Shown here piece after piece: positions 37,399 through 49,335 of a DNA stretch of 64,000 nt (its first letter is position 1; each line of letters begins with the position of its first letter). The position numbers were made by a program, and so were the translations under genes. Source of the DNA: Octopus bimaculoides (taxonomy: Eukaryota); contig NC_068995.1 in NCBI RefSeq assembly GCF_001194135.2, positions 35,625,663-35,689,662 on the forward strand, given 5' to 3'. The notes beneath the pieces are model-generated. The model was given only the letters and a program-made list of their open reading frames with translations. It made no database searches and was not told the origin of the DNA.

Positions 37399-38245
37399 CT
37401 ATATACAACCACAAGGCTTCCAGTCATTCCACACTCATAACCAGAAACTTTGTAAGCAGCATAAGTTACCTATACTATCTATAATGTATTTTCAATAAGG
37501 CTGCTTCCTGTTCTTACAATGTGCTACGAATGCTTTCAGTGAGAAGTTAAGACACATGGAGAACACCTCAGACCATATAAGAACCAGGAAAAGGAAAATT
37601 AACTGTTTCAACCAACATACACTTAGGCGTTATCATGAACCAAAACGTTCTAGCTCTAATAAGACAATTCTTTCCACCGAGACATATAAATTTTTGAACA
37701 CACGTACCGTTATGGTCAGCTATTCTTGCTTATATAATATCGCTTCCCAGATTACACACTAAATTTGAAAAAATACTTTCCAATAGCGTCCACCCAGCAT
37801 CCATTTTGTAATGTAATTGTCAAAATTCATCAAGTTGAGAAGTTTCTTTCTTTTGAAAAAATGTGTACCAACCATCCACAACCCTCTGGGCGGTTTGAAA
37901 TAAATTAAATATAAGGCATTGCTAACGCTGTGAAGTGTGTTACCATCATCGTCTTCACTTATTTTAGTTCAGGCTTCAGGGAAAATCCCAATTCCTTCTA
38001 CATCTCTTCGATTCATGAGGCTTAATATTATTTTCAAGTAATTCATCGTAGAAATAAAATGTGCTAGGAGAATGAATAGATTGTATATTTTATATTTATT
38101 TCAGTATATAAGCGGACGTGATTTTCAAGTGTGCCTTCCGAGAAACACAATGTGCCCGGAGACCGAGCGTATATGTGTGTGTGTGTGAGTGTGTTTGCAG
38201 GCGTATCTCTTTCTCCCTTTCTCTCTCTCTACCTATCAATCTATT

Positions 38246-38308
<63 letters not shown>

Positions 38309-38644
38309 CTTACTCTCTCTCTCTCTCCACACACACACACACACACACACACAAATATCTATATATATTATATATATGTACACACACATATATATACATA
38401 TATATATATATGTGTGTGTATACACGCACATACATATATATANNNNNNNNNNNNNNNNNNNNNNNNNNNNNNNNNNNNNNNNNNNNNNNNNNNNNNNNNN
38501 NNNNNNNNNNNNNNNNNNNNNNNNNNNNNNNNNNNNNNNNNNNNNNNNNNNNTATATATACATATATATATATACATATGTGTGTGTGTGTGTGTGTGTG
38601 TAAGGGTAAGCAAATTAAGCAAGTCGATATAAAAAAATATTAAA

Positions 38645-39514
38645 CACGTGGTCTGATCAATAGGTATCCGGACTGCAGCTATAGTAACGAAGCTAAAGCA
38701 CGTATAGTGAAGCGTCTTGGCAAAGATTGACCTTGAACTCTGCTGTGCCCACTAAGTTTTAACGTTCTATCTCACCTCCGCTGTTTACAGCAGTTCTTGG
38801 AAGGAAGATGTGTGGAATGTGATCGTTGCATTGACTATGACGGAGAAAGCTGAGCAGAGAATCTGCATCAAATTCTGCCAAAAGCTTAGAGATACCTGCT
38901 CAGAGGCTTACGCATAGTTTTCAAAAAGTTTTCATCGTTCTTGGCACAATCAAGGAGATCTTGTGTAACTGGATCCGAGTGTTTTTTGGTCAGCTGACAT
39001 AAACTTGGTAGACACGCGTCTCATATCAGAATCTTTAGTGGTAATATACTGAACAGAACTGTAACTAATCTGCACATCCTCTGATAACTCACGGATGGTG
39101 ATTCGACGATTTCTCCTCTCAGATGCACGCACATCGGTGATGTTTTTCTCAGTTCTGCTGATTGCAGGTCTCCCAGAACGTTAGTTCCTGAACGGCCATT
39201 TTGGAAACTCTGAACCACTCGTACACTTGTGTGCAGCGCATACACTCCTCTCCATACACTTTCTGCAACTTTGCGTAGGCCTCTGAGCAGGTATCACCGT
39301 GACAACTTTCTGTGTCATGATCAATGCGACGATCACACGCTACACATGTTCCTTCCAATCACTGTTGTAAACAGCAGAAGTGAGCTAGAACGTTAAAACT
39401 TACTGCGCATACACAGCAAAGGTCAAGGTCATTCTATGCCATGCGGCTTTACTGTGTGTGCTTTAGCTTCGTTACTATGGCAACAGTCCGGATACCTCTT
39501 GATCAAAACTCGTA
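38645..39514. mobile_element. Mariner derivative made of two left ends in inverted orientation
   Basis: Both termini read TIR + 5-prime UTR + transposase start (MTEKAEQRICIKFCQKL on +; ..CSEAYAKLQKVYGEECM..VYEWF..RRVSTKF..ENFLK on -). Confidence 0.85.
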
Positions 39515-39533
39515 TATATACACGCACCCACAC

Positions 39534-39590
<57 letters not shown>

Positions 39591-39868
39591 CACGATGGAT
39601 ACAGTGTTTGTACCTATGTGCGACCTTAAGGACTCATTTTATATTCAGTCGGTCATTTGCGATTGTACGCACAACCGAAGTATAAATCCGTGCAGAACGT
39701 ATTTGTCTTCAAATATTGTTTGTACAGTTATAGCGGTATCGCCGACCCGACCTTGTACTTACTATTTAAGTACTTGATTCGCTTGAATCCTGAATGTATG
39801 TACGTACGTATGTATGTATAACGTATGTATGTATAATGTGTGTGTGCGCGCGCGCGTGTGTATGTGTG

Positions 39869-40225
39869 TACTCACCAAATTAAGTCAAAAGTATTTTTCA
39901 TATTTCAAATTTTAATCAATAGCTCAAACAAATTACATTCGTAAAGCGTCTATTCTATTATCTGTTACAATCGTCCTCCCAGAAGTTCAATTACACGCTT
40001 ATACCATTTGGCTGGTTTTGGAGGCAAAAAAACTCTCTGCACCTGTTGTCAACCTCATCCACCATATTAAATTCTCGTTCATGCTGGAAATGAGCCATGG
40101 CGCAGAAAACGTGGTAACCTGATGGTACAAAGTCTGAATTGTACGCAGGGTGAGAGGCAGCACTTTCAGGCCCTCAACTTCCTCAAGTTTGCACTTGGTC
40201 ACATTCACTTTGATTTCTGGATAGA
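39869..40225 (-). pseudogene. Mariner transposase C-terminal relic
   Basis: Minus strand, across a frameshift: KVLP/HPAYNSDFVPSGYHVFCAMAHF..FNMVDEVDNRCREFF; TIR remnant near 39869-39895. Confidence 0.8.
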
Positions 40226-41082
40226 AGCAAATAGGAAATAATACTTACTGACCAAAGACAAAATAAAAATGGAAATTTTGTTACACAGTATTATTGAAGC
40301 CACCTTCTTCCTCATTTCATGCATTCATTATTGCTTCAACATTTAGTTTGTTTATTTGGTTGGTATTGCCATAGTTTTGTATTTGATCACATCTTCTCGT
40401 TTATTGATGCAAACGAAAGAAAACGTGTACTTAATGTTATAACTAAAGAGAAGGGGGAAATTCTGAAATATCGAAAATGAGTTACCATCTAGAACCCCAA
40501 GAGACTGCCATGAACAACAAGTACTCTAAAGGAAATATATAAAAGTAATGAAATATATTTGAATTTGAAGGGAGAAGGGAAAATTATCAATGTTTCGGTG
40601 ATAAGCTCTTTTGTAAGAAAGACAGAGGAAACAGCTGTTGATCTGAAGTTAGGATAATAGTAGACGAAGGACGTAGATGAAGGTCTGTATGTATATAGAT
40701 ACGCGTGTAAGTGAGCGAAATGAATATTGTGCGTGTGCACGGGAGAGGGAGAGGGAGAGACAGACAGACTGACAGACAGACAGACAGACAGAGATTGTCT
40801 GTTTCAAGAGAGGGTTGAAAGAAAATGAGAAGGAATTATTGAAAATAATAATCGTTATTGATACTAAAGGGATAAGTAGTTGCTAAAATGTGCATCGGGC
40901 AAATATTTCCATTGTAATCCAAGCAGAAAACATCACTGAGAGCGATTTAATCAAGGTAACGAATGTATAATTTAATTTGTTGGTATTTAAATAATTCTCA
41001 TATTGTATAGAATGAGACGTTACTTGGAAAGTAACAAAATTCATGTGAATAGCGACGGTTTACATAAATATATCCTTTCTTA

Positions 41083-41428
41083 TCTATACTATAAATTGCA
41101 GTGTTCTTGATTGCTTGCTTGATTGATTGATTGATTGAGTATCGGCAGGTTCACTCGAGAACGGTGCAGTGGAGTCGCGTGAAATTCAGCACAGAGCGGC
41201 AGCATGGTCCGCTCATGTTCAGGAGATTTTTATTGCCCTCCAACTCCCATGGTTACCGAGATAATCGCTTATTAGTTTTTAAGATAGGAATATCCCATTC
41301 AAAGTGGGGAGGGGCGATTTTGTTGCCTTTCCCATGCGCGAAATTTTACGAAAAACCAGCACAATAAAGATTATTTTTTTCCAAGTTATGTGGCTGGGTT
41401 TGTTTTTCGAAAATTTTAATCAGAGGCA
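41083..41428 (+). mobile_element. Probable non-autonomous Helitron-type element (5-prime part)
   Basis: Starts A|TCTATACTATAAA, then a (TGAT)n tract and ttcactcgagaacgg..gtgaaattcagcacagag. This is the layout typical of short invertebrate Helitron derivatives. The 3-prime end is lost in a gap. Confidence 0.55.
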
Positions 41429-41989
41429 NNNNNNNNNNNNNNNNNNNNNNNNNNNNNNNNNNNNNNNNNNNNNNNNNNNNNNNNNNNNNNNNNNNNNNNN
41501 NNNNNNNNNNNNNNNNNNNNNNNNNNNNNNNNNNNNNNNNNNNNNNNNNNNNNNNNNNNNNNNNNNNNNNNNNNNNNNNNNNNNNNNNNNNNNNNNNNNN
41601 NNNNNNNNNNNNNNNNNNNNNNNNNNGAACCTCCAACTTATGATTGATCTTGAACAGTTTCGATTAACATTCTTGTGTCGCCAATACAACAACCGCACTA
41701 CCATATATTTTTCTTTTAAGGCGAGGTTATACCACAAATGAGGTTCCGTGACTACATGGGGCTATGGGTACACACGTGAAGTTAGTTTTACAATATCGAC
41801 CCGCAAAATCCTTAGCATCGTATTGTTTTGGGGTTGTTCTTACTTATTTTTTTTGTTTTTGGAATTTTTGTTTTTTTAATTTTTATTTCTTTTTATTATT
41901 CAAAATATACATAGGAAATAGCCTTTAACCAAATCCACCACACTGCCCGAGTGAGACCGGGAAAAACAGCTAGTAATGCCTATAATATT

Positions 41990-42190
41990 GGTTTTAAATT
42001 TTGCCACAAGGCCAGTGTGTTTGTGGGAGGGGCTATTAAATTGATCATAGTGTTCAACTTGTACTCTCGAAAAGATGAATGGCAAAGCTGGCACAAGCGG
42101 AACTTGAACTCAGAGCGTAAAGACAGACGAAAAGCCGCTAAGCATTACGGCCGGAGTGCTAGCGATTCTGCCAGCTCACCGCCTTCTCTG
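41990..42190 (-). mobile_element. SINE family A with 14-bp TSD
   Basis: TSD atgcctataatatt at 41976-41989 and 42191-42204. Confidence 0.85.
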
Positions 42191-42414
42191 ATGCCTATAA
42201 TATTAAATAGCATTTACTAAGTATGTAACGGGAAGTTCATTACATTTTTTCTTCTTTCTCCTAGTTTTGCTTTTGTCCTTGTTGCTGTCTTTTATTGTTG
42301 TTTATCACCTATTATAATCGTGGGATTGTTGTAATTACACAATTTTATATATTCTTCTTCAAAATTCCTACCCTTTCTCATAATCATCTCCGTCAACAAT
42401 GATAATATAATTTA

Positions 42415-42627
42415 AGGCGGCGAGCCGGAGGAATCGTTAGCATGCTGGGCAAAATGCTTTGCGGCATTTCGTCCGTCTTTACATTCTAAGTTCAAGTTCC
42501 GACGAGGTCGACTTTGCCTTTCATCCTTTCGGGATCGATAACACAAGTACCTCTTGGATGCTGGGTCGATGTAATCGACTTAACCTCTACCCCGAAATTG
42601 ATGGCCTTGTGTCAAAATTTGAAACCA
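42415..42627 (+). mobile_element. SINE family A
   Basis: aaggcggcgagcc..gaggtcgactttgcctttcatcctttcgggatcgata..caaaatttgaaacca. Confidence 0.88.
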
Positions 42628-42944
42628 ATATCTCTGTTTCTCGTTTGAATCTTATTTCAACACAAGAATTGAGAAAGAAAACGAAATGATGCAAGAAGAG
42701 TTTAGGCAAGTAATCTCAAACACATACTCACTAACAAATAAACATACAAGTACGCACTTGCACGCATACATACACATACGCAAGCACGAGCGCACACACT
42801 CACACACACACACACACACACACACGCATATAGTTTATTTAAACATGAGTCTCGAGAAAAAATTCTCTTTCAATAAGCTATATCTTCTCGCATTCCTCGC
42901 TTTCATTCGATATTTTCAGAGGTGCTGGGTTATTCATTTTTACT

Positions 42945-43065
42945 CATTTAGTAGACTGGATCAACGCGAAATATGTTTTGCTGAAGAACATAACGCATTG
43001 CCCGGTCCAGGAATCGAAACCACAATCTTACGGTTCAAGAGTGTAAAACGCTAACCACTAAGCCA
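42945..43065 (-). mobile_element. tRNA-headed SINE fragment (D/M type head and middle block)
   Basis: aggaatcgaaaccacaatctta..gctaaccactaagccac. Confidence 0.65.
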
Positions 43066-43964
43066 CACATCGCATGCATATGTGTGCATGTTTGTATGTA
43101 AGCGTCTATGTATGTATATGTATGCACACACACACATTACAAAATGAACACTTGTGAGGTATGATGATAAAGAAAAACTTGATATCGTTTCATTAACAAT
43201 GGTGATTTACACAGAACCTGTTTCTTTTCTCTTTTGATTTCAATTTGTTTCTACTTTTACTTGCTTTGTCTCTATCGTATGTTTTCAAGTTTAATTATAT
43301 TATTGGAAATGGATGACCAATACAAAAATTGCTTTGGATTATTTAATATAAACAGCAATTAAATAATGGAGTAGATCAATCAGTGAAACATAAAAGTTTG
43401 GTTATTTTTAGATTGATAGAAGAATATTAATACTTAGCTACGCTCAAACACAGACACACAGATGGACACAGTAATTACGCAATATGAATCATTAAACATA
43501 TTCAACATAGAAATTTTGTTGAAAGACTCAAAATATAAGACAAAAAGCAAGTAACACCACTTCTTCCCTCGCCGCACACAACTATAAATCCATATATCCA
43601 TGTTTTTTTGTGCGTGCGTGCGTGCGTGCGTGCATACTTGCGCGCGTGTGTATGTGTGTTAGTGTGTGTGTGTGTGTGTGTGTTTACGCATGTGAGTTTA
43701 CGCATGTGTGTGTGTTTACGTGTGTGTGTGTGTGCGAGCGTGTGTGTTGTGCGCGCGCGCGAAGAGTTATAGAAGCAGGCTTTAGGCGTTATTGTATGAC
43801 GTGAACTTATTATACTGGATAAATATTCTTTTTATGAATGTGTTTTGTTTCTGCCTCACAAACTATTTTACAACACAGTCTTCTCCATTCTCAATGTTCT
43901 ACATGTATTCTTTCATTTATAGAATTGAAGTATGACTCTAAAACTTTGAGTCTTTTGTAATTAT

Positions 43965-44940
43965 TGCTTTCAAATGTTGGCACGAGGCCAACAAGTTCTT
44001 GTGAAGGGGCAAATCGATTACATCAATCCCTAGTACTCCGCTGGTACTTATTTTATCGACCCTGAAAGGATAAAAGACAAAGTCGACTTCGGCAGCATTT
44101 GAACTCAGAAAGTAAAGACAGACGAAATACTACTAAGTATTTTGCCCGGCGTTCTAACGATTCTGCCTGCTAACTGTCTCCCTGTCTTTTCTAATGTTGG
44201 TTTCAAATTTTGACACAATGCCAGTAATTTCGGGGGTGGCGCTAAGTCGATTACATCGACCCCAGTACTTGACTGGTGTTCATTTTATCGATCCGATAGG
44301 ACGAAAGGCAAAGCTGACTTCGGCGTAATTTGAACGCAGAACAGTGTTGGCGTGGCCGTGGCTGTATGGTAAGAGGCTTACTTCCTAACCTCATGGTTCC
44401 AGGTTTAGTCCCACTGAGTGGCACCCTAGGCAAGTGTTTTCTACTCTAGCCTCAGGCCAACAAAGCTTTGTGAGTGGATTTGGTAGCCGGAAACTGAAAG
44501 AAGCCTTTTTTGGATGCCTTTATGTCTGTGTTTGTCCCCCATCACCACTACTTGACAACGGGTGGTGGTGTGTTTACGTCCCTATAACTTACTGATTCAA
44601 CAAAAGGGTTTGATAAAATATGTACCAGGCTTTTAAAAAATAAGTACCTGGATCTATATATTCGATTAAAAATTTTTCCCGGCGGTGCTTCAGCATGGCT
44701 GTGGTCTAATGACTGAAACAAGTAAAAGATAAAAGAGAACATGAAGACGGACGAAATGCTTCTAAGTGCTCTGCCCGGTGGTCTAACGATTCTGTCAGCT
44801 CACCAACTTCCACTCATTTTAATATTGACTTCAGATATTTGCACAAGGCCAGCAAACTCGCTAGATGGATAAGTCGATTACATCGAGCCCAGTGTTCAAC
44901 TGGTACTTATTTTATTGACCCCGAAATGATGAAGGGTAAA
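43965..44940. mobile_element. SINE cluster: A(-) 43965-44175, A(-) 44197-44340, full B(+) 44348-44735, A fragments(-) 44745-44940
   Basis: Each segment matches the family consensus seen elsewhere in the window. Confidence 0.8.
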
Positions 44941-44946
44941 GCAGGA

Positions 44947-45496
44947 TGTCGGTGCGAAGATTTTTGATAAATTTTATAGGTAACACAGAGTAACTTAAGG
45001 AGACACCTAGGATATATAGAGGACAGGGGTAGCAATAACGAAAACAACACAAACGAAAACAAACAGCAAGTGGTAATAAGTAGTACAATATCACTAAGGC
45101 TAGGGGAAACGGGGTAACAATAATGATAAGCAAAAATTCAACAGTAGAATAATCTGTGCACAAAAAGCAAACCGAAACGTAGGACAAAGTAGAACGCAGC
45201 ACTGAAGTAGAACACAGCACGGAGGTCCGAAGCGTAAGTGAAGCGTAAGTGAAGCGTTCGTTTAAAGTGTTCAAGTAATGGGACCATGTGTCAAAAGAGT
45301 ACGTGCTATTGGTTAAATGCCAACCAATAGGGGGAGCAAAACTGTTCAAGTGAACGGGAAACAGGTGAGTCATGCGGTGGAGGAGGGGTTATAGGTAATT
45401 GTGGGAACAATTGGTGAAAAGTGTGGTAATCTGTGATAAACACAGAGAGGGAGTACGCTCTGGTGCAAAAAGGCACCTAACACGTAACCGCCGACA
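44947..45496 (-). mobile_element. Putative solo LTR (~550 bp)
   Basis: TGTCGG...CCGACA termini, abrupt truncation of the adjacent SINE, paired CCAAT boxes, AP-1 site and 11-bp triplication. No clear TSD or PBS. Confidence 0.55.
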
Positions 45497-46797
45497 GTGA
45501 CAATTTCTATTTTTTTTAGGTGGTGGAGTCAGTATCGATTGTAACGTGCAGGAGGGAGAAATTATGTAATTTGTAATAATCACTAATAAGGAGTATGCCT
45601 CGGTGTCACCTGACACTAGGGTAAAATTAAGGGGGGAGCCCCGAGTCTACTGCGGCAAGTAGTGTGAATCGGTGGGGGTGGGTGTGGTTCGCACAATGTC
45701 ACCAATGCAGCGCGGTGCTAATTAATCGGTGGAAGAATAAGGAGTTTCAAAACTGTCATGAGTTGAAAGCCTTCCCGAAGACTTGATTAATGCAAATTTG
45801 AAGTTGATGAAAGAAAACTCTTAGAGCATCCGACCAAAGGGTGGTATGGCGAGTCTTGAATTGTGTGATTGCTAACGTCGTTAACACGCATTACCTTTTG
45901 ACAAGATCAGTGAACGTATCCGACCGTCTTCAAGGCAAGCATATTTGATTGTTGCAGAAGCAACTGCGGTTGTTGTTTTTTTAACAGTATATTATAGCGA
46001 ACCAGCATGGGCAATGCCTGGTGCACCTGCTAGGGATTGAGCTGGATTAGCTCTCAGTTTTTGTCTAGTCGTATAGATCCAATCATATGTAAATGGGAAA
46101 ATCAATTATATCTTTATATTGATAGTCTGCAACAAAAAAGCTGTGGTTGGTAGAGAGAGTCACAGTTACTCCCGCCGTTTATCCGCGCTTTGCTACTCGT
46201 TCGAGTTTTTCAGAACTTCAGAAGGTACGTTCAGCCGGATCAAAATAAACTTTTGATGTTTTTATGTAAAGATCACCTGCAAAAGAAAAGTTAATCAATA
46301 AAAGCCACAATTATCCGGTATTGCATCATCAATTCTGGAGAAATTCGCTAAAAAATTCCATATTCCTCTCTATTTACCTGTGCGCCAACAATTTAGCAAA
46401 ATCAATGAAAACTGAAAAGACAATTAAGAATCTCGAATTAGAGCTAATAAAATTCACTTGCAGCACTATGTCTAAATTTTATTCGAAAATCATTTAGAAA
46501 AGAACTTTCACCTTATAAATTTTACATTGATCCACACCTCAGTGTTCAAAAATGCTTTCATGTTTCTCATCTCATCTACATAATTCTTGAGCTTACCTGT
46601 TTTCTCTTGGAGACAAAACATGCCATGAAATCGAAGGGAAAGTAATAGTAAACTCAAGAATTATAAAGATATGAAGGGGACGAGAAACATGAAAGCGGGT
46701 TAGAAAAATAAGCAATGATAAGGAAGCAATTGCACAAAACATAGGATTTGCCAAATAGACAGTATGTTCAGTAAAACCAGATTACTTGTTAGCCAAT

Positions 46798-47108
46798 AGA
46801 GGAGCGTAGTGGTTAAGGTATTCGGTATACGATCGTAAGGTCATGAGTTCGATTCCCGACGGCGCGTTGTGTCCCTGGGCAAGACACTTTATTTCACGCT
46901 GCTCCAGTTCACTCAGCTTGCAAAAAAAAATGCATTTCAAAAGGCTAAGCTTGTCAAACTCTATGTCACGCTTAATCTCACTGAGATCAACGTAAATGGT
47001 GTGCGTGTTCGTGGAGTACTCAGCCACTTGCACATTAATTTCACGAGTAGGCTGTGCTGTTGATCGGATCAACTGGAACCATCGTCGTCATAACCGACGG
47101 AGTGCCAA
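46798..47108 (+). mobile_element. SINE family D (middle block of M/E, tail of C)
   Basis: gtagtggttaagg..gagttcgattccc..gttgtgtccctgggcaagacactttatttcacgctgctccagttcactcagc..gatcggatcaactggaacc..gacggagtgcca. Confidence 0.85.
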
Positions 47109-47274
47109 TTTGATGTTGGCTTAATATAAAGATTTTCAGCGAAAACTCAAACACGTGGTGTGCGTGCTTGCGTGCGTGCGAATGTGCGTGCTTTCACGAT
47201 TGCGTGCGTGCATGCATGCGTGTGTGTGTGCGTTTGTGTGTGTGTGCGTGTACGTGTGCGTGTGCGTGTACGTG

Positions 47275-47503
47275 TTATTTCTTTACTACCCACAAGGGGC
47301 TACACACAGAGGGGACAAACAAAGACAGACAAACGGATTAAGTCGATTATATCGACCCCAGTGCGTAACTGGTACTTATTTAATCGACCCCGAAAGGATG
47401 AAAGGCAAAGTCGACCTCGGCGGAATTTGAACTCAGAACGTAGCGGCAGACGAAATACCGCTAAGCATTTCGCCCGGCGTGCTAACGTTTCTTCCAGCTC
47501 GCC
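47275..47503 (-). mobile_element. SINE family A, young subfamily with ttgtcccctctgtgt tail
   Basis: Near-identical to unit 1 of the dimer at 60140-60386. Confidence 0.92.
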
Positions 47504-47759
47504 GTGCGCGTGTGCGTGTGCGTGTACGTGTGCGTGTGTGTCACGGTAATTAATTATGTAGACGTGAAAATGTGAATGTGTACCGCATATGTGTGCTTGA
47601 ATCATTGCATGAAAATCTCTGTGGTCACATTTATATGAGTAAATAGATAAAAATATTTAAGATTCTCTGCATTTGTAAACACATATATATTTGCTTATAT
47701 ACGTTTCTGTACATATATACATGCGTTTCGTACCCAAATGAGCGTACGATTAGAAAATA

Positions 47760-48530
47760 TACAAGCAACAGACCATGTGTGTACGTGCGTATGTGTTTGT
47801 GCTCGCGCGTGTATGTACGTGTTTGAGCATGTATGCGTGTATGTGCGTGTGCGTGTATGTGTATGTGCCTTCGCGTGTTTGTGTGTATGCTCGTGCGTGT
47901 ATGTGTGTATGCTCCAGTGTGTATATTTGTGTGCTCGCACATGTATGTGTGTGTGCTTGCGCTTGTACGTGTGTGTGTTTGCACGTGTTGATGTGTGTGC
48001 TTTCGCGTGTATGTGTGTGCACACGTCCGTGTGTGTTTGTACTTCGGTGTGCATGTGTGTGTGTGTACTCGCACGTGTATGTGTTTGTGCTTGTGCGTGT
48101 ATATGCGTGTACTTCCGCGTGTATGTGTGTGTGCTTGCGCGTGTGTGTGTGTGTGTCCTTTTCGTCTATGTGTGTGTCTCCATGCGTGTATGTGCGCATG
48201 CTCGCGCGTGTATGTGTGTGGTTTTGCGCGTGTAGGCGTGTGTCCTTGCGCGTGTATGTGTGTATGCTTGAAGGTGTGTGTGCTTGCGCGTAAATGTCTG
48301 TGTGCTCATGTGTGTATGTGTGTGCTCGCGCGTGTATGTCAATGTGCTTGCACGTGTATGTATGTATGTATGCACGAGCGTGTATGTTGTGTGCTTGCGC
48401 GTGTGTGTGCTTGAGCGTGTATGTGTGCGTGCCTGTGTGTCTATGTTTGTATGCTTACACGTGTACGTGTGTGTGGTCGCGCGTCTACGTGCATGTGCTT
48501 GCGCGCGAATTCATGCATACGAGTTAAGTG
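47760..48530 (+). repeat. Degenerate TG-rich tract with ~22-bp higher-order unit
   Basis: Recurrent gtgtatgtgtgtgtgct(c/t)gc(g/a)c motif. Confidence 0.75.
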
Positions 48531-49261
48531 TATATAATATTACGTAGATTTGTAATGGATGTGCGTGTACTTCTATGTTCGTCAATGAGTCAGGTCNNNN
48601 NNNNNNNNNNNNNNNNNNNNNNNNNNNNNNNNNNNNNNNNNNNNNNNNNNNNNNNNNNNNNNNNNNNNNNNNNNNNNNNNNNNNNNNNNNNNNNNNNNNN
48701 NNNNNNNNNNNNNNNNNNNNNNNNNNNNNNNNNNNNNNNNNNNNNNNNNNNNNNNNNNNNNNNNNNNNNNNNNNNNNNNNNNNNNNNNNNNNNNNNNNNN
48801 NNNNNNNNNNNNNNNNNNNNNNNNNNNNNNNNNNNNNNNNNNNNNNNNNNNNNNNNNNNNNNNNNNNNNNNNNNNNNNNNNNNNNNNNNNNNNNNNNNNN
48901 NNNNNNNNNNNNNNNNNNNNNNNNNNNNNNNNNNNNNNNNNNNNNNNNNNNNNNNNNNNNNNNNNNNNNNNNNNNNNNNNNNNNNNNNNNNNNNNNNNNN
49001 NNNNNNNNNNNNNNNNNNNNNNNNNNNNNNNNNNNNNNNNNNNNNNNNNNNNNNNNNNNNNNNNNNNNNNNNNNNNNNNNNNNNNNNNNNNNNNNNNNNN
49101 NNNNNNNNNNNNNNNNNNNNNNNNNNNNNNNNNNNNNNNNNNNNNNNNNNNNNNNNNNNNNNNNNNNNNNNNNNNNNNNNNNNNNNNNNNNNNNNNNNNN
49201 NNNNNNNNNNNNNNNNNNNNNNNNNNNNNNNNNNNNNNNNNNNNNNNNNNNNNNNNNNNNN

Positions 49262-49335
<74 letters not shown>

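Noticed and set aside
39999-40235. Apparent minus-strand host exon (tatccag acceptor, EIKVNVTKCKLEEVEGLKVLP..)
   Set aside because: A shifted frame gives HPAYNSDFVPSGYHVF, a mariner transposase remnant.
45895-46026. 132-nt minus-strand segment with cag acceptor and gtaatg donor
   Set aside because: All three frames contain stops; it could only be non-coding, and there is no other support.
47631-48547. Cys/Val-rich and His/Thr-rich ORFs that resemble metallothionein-like or His-rich proteins (also 36461-36970)
   Set aside because: Products of TG/CA and TACA repeats, open in most frames on both strands.
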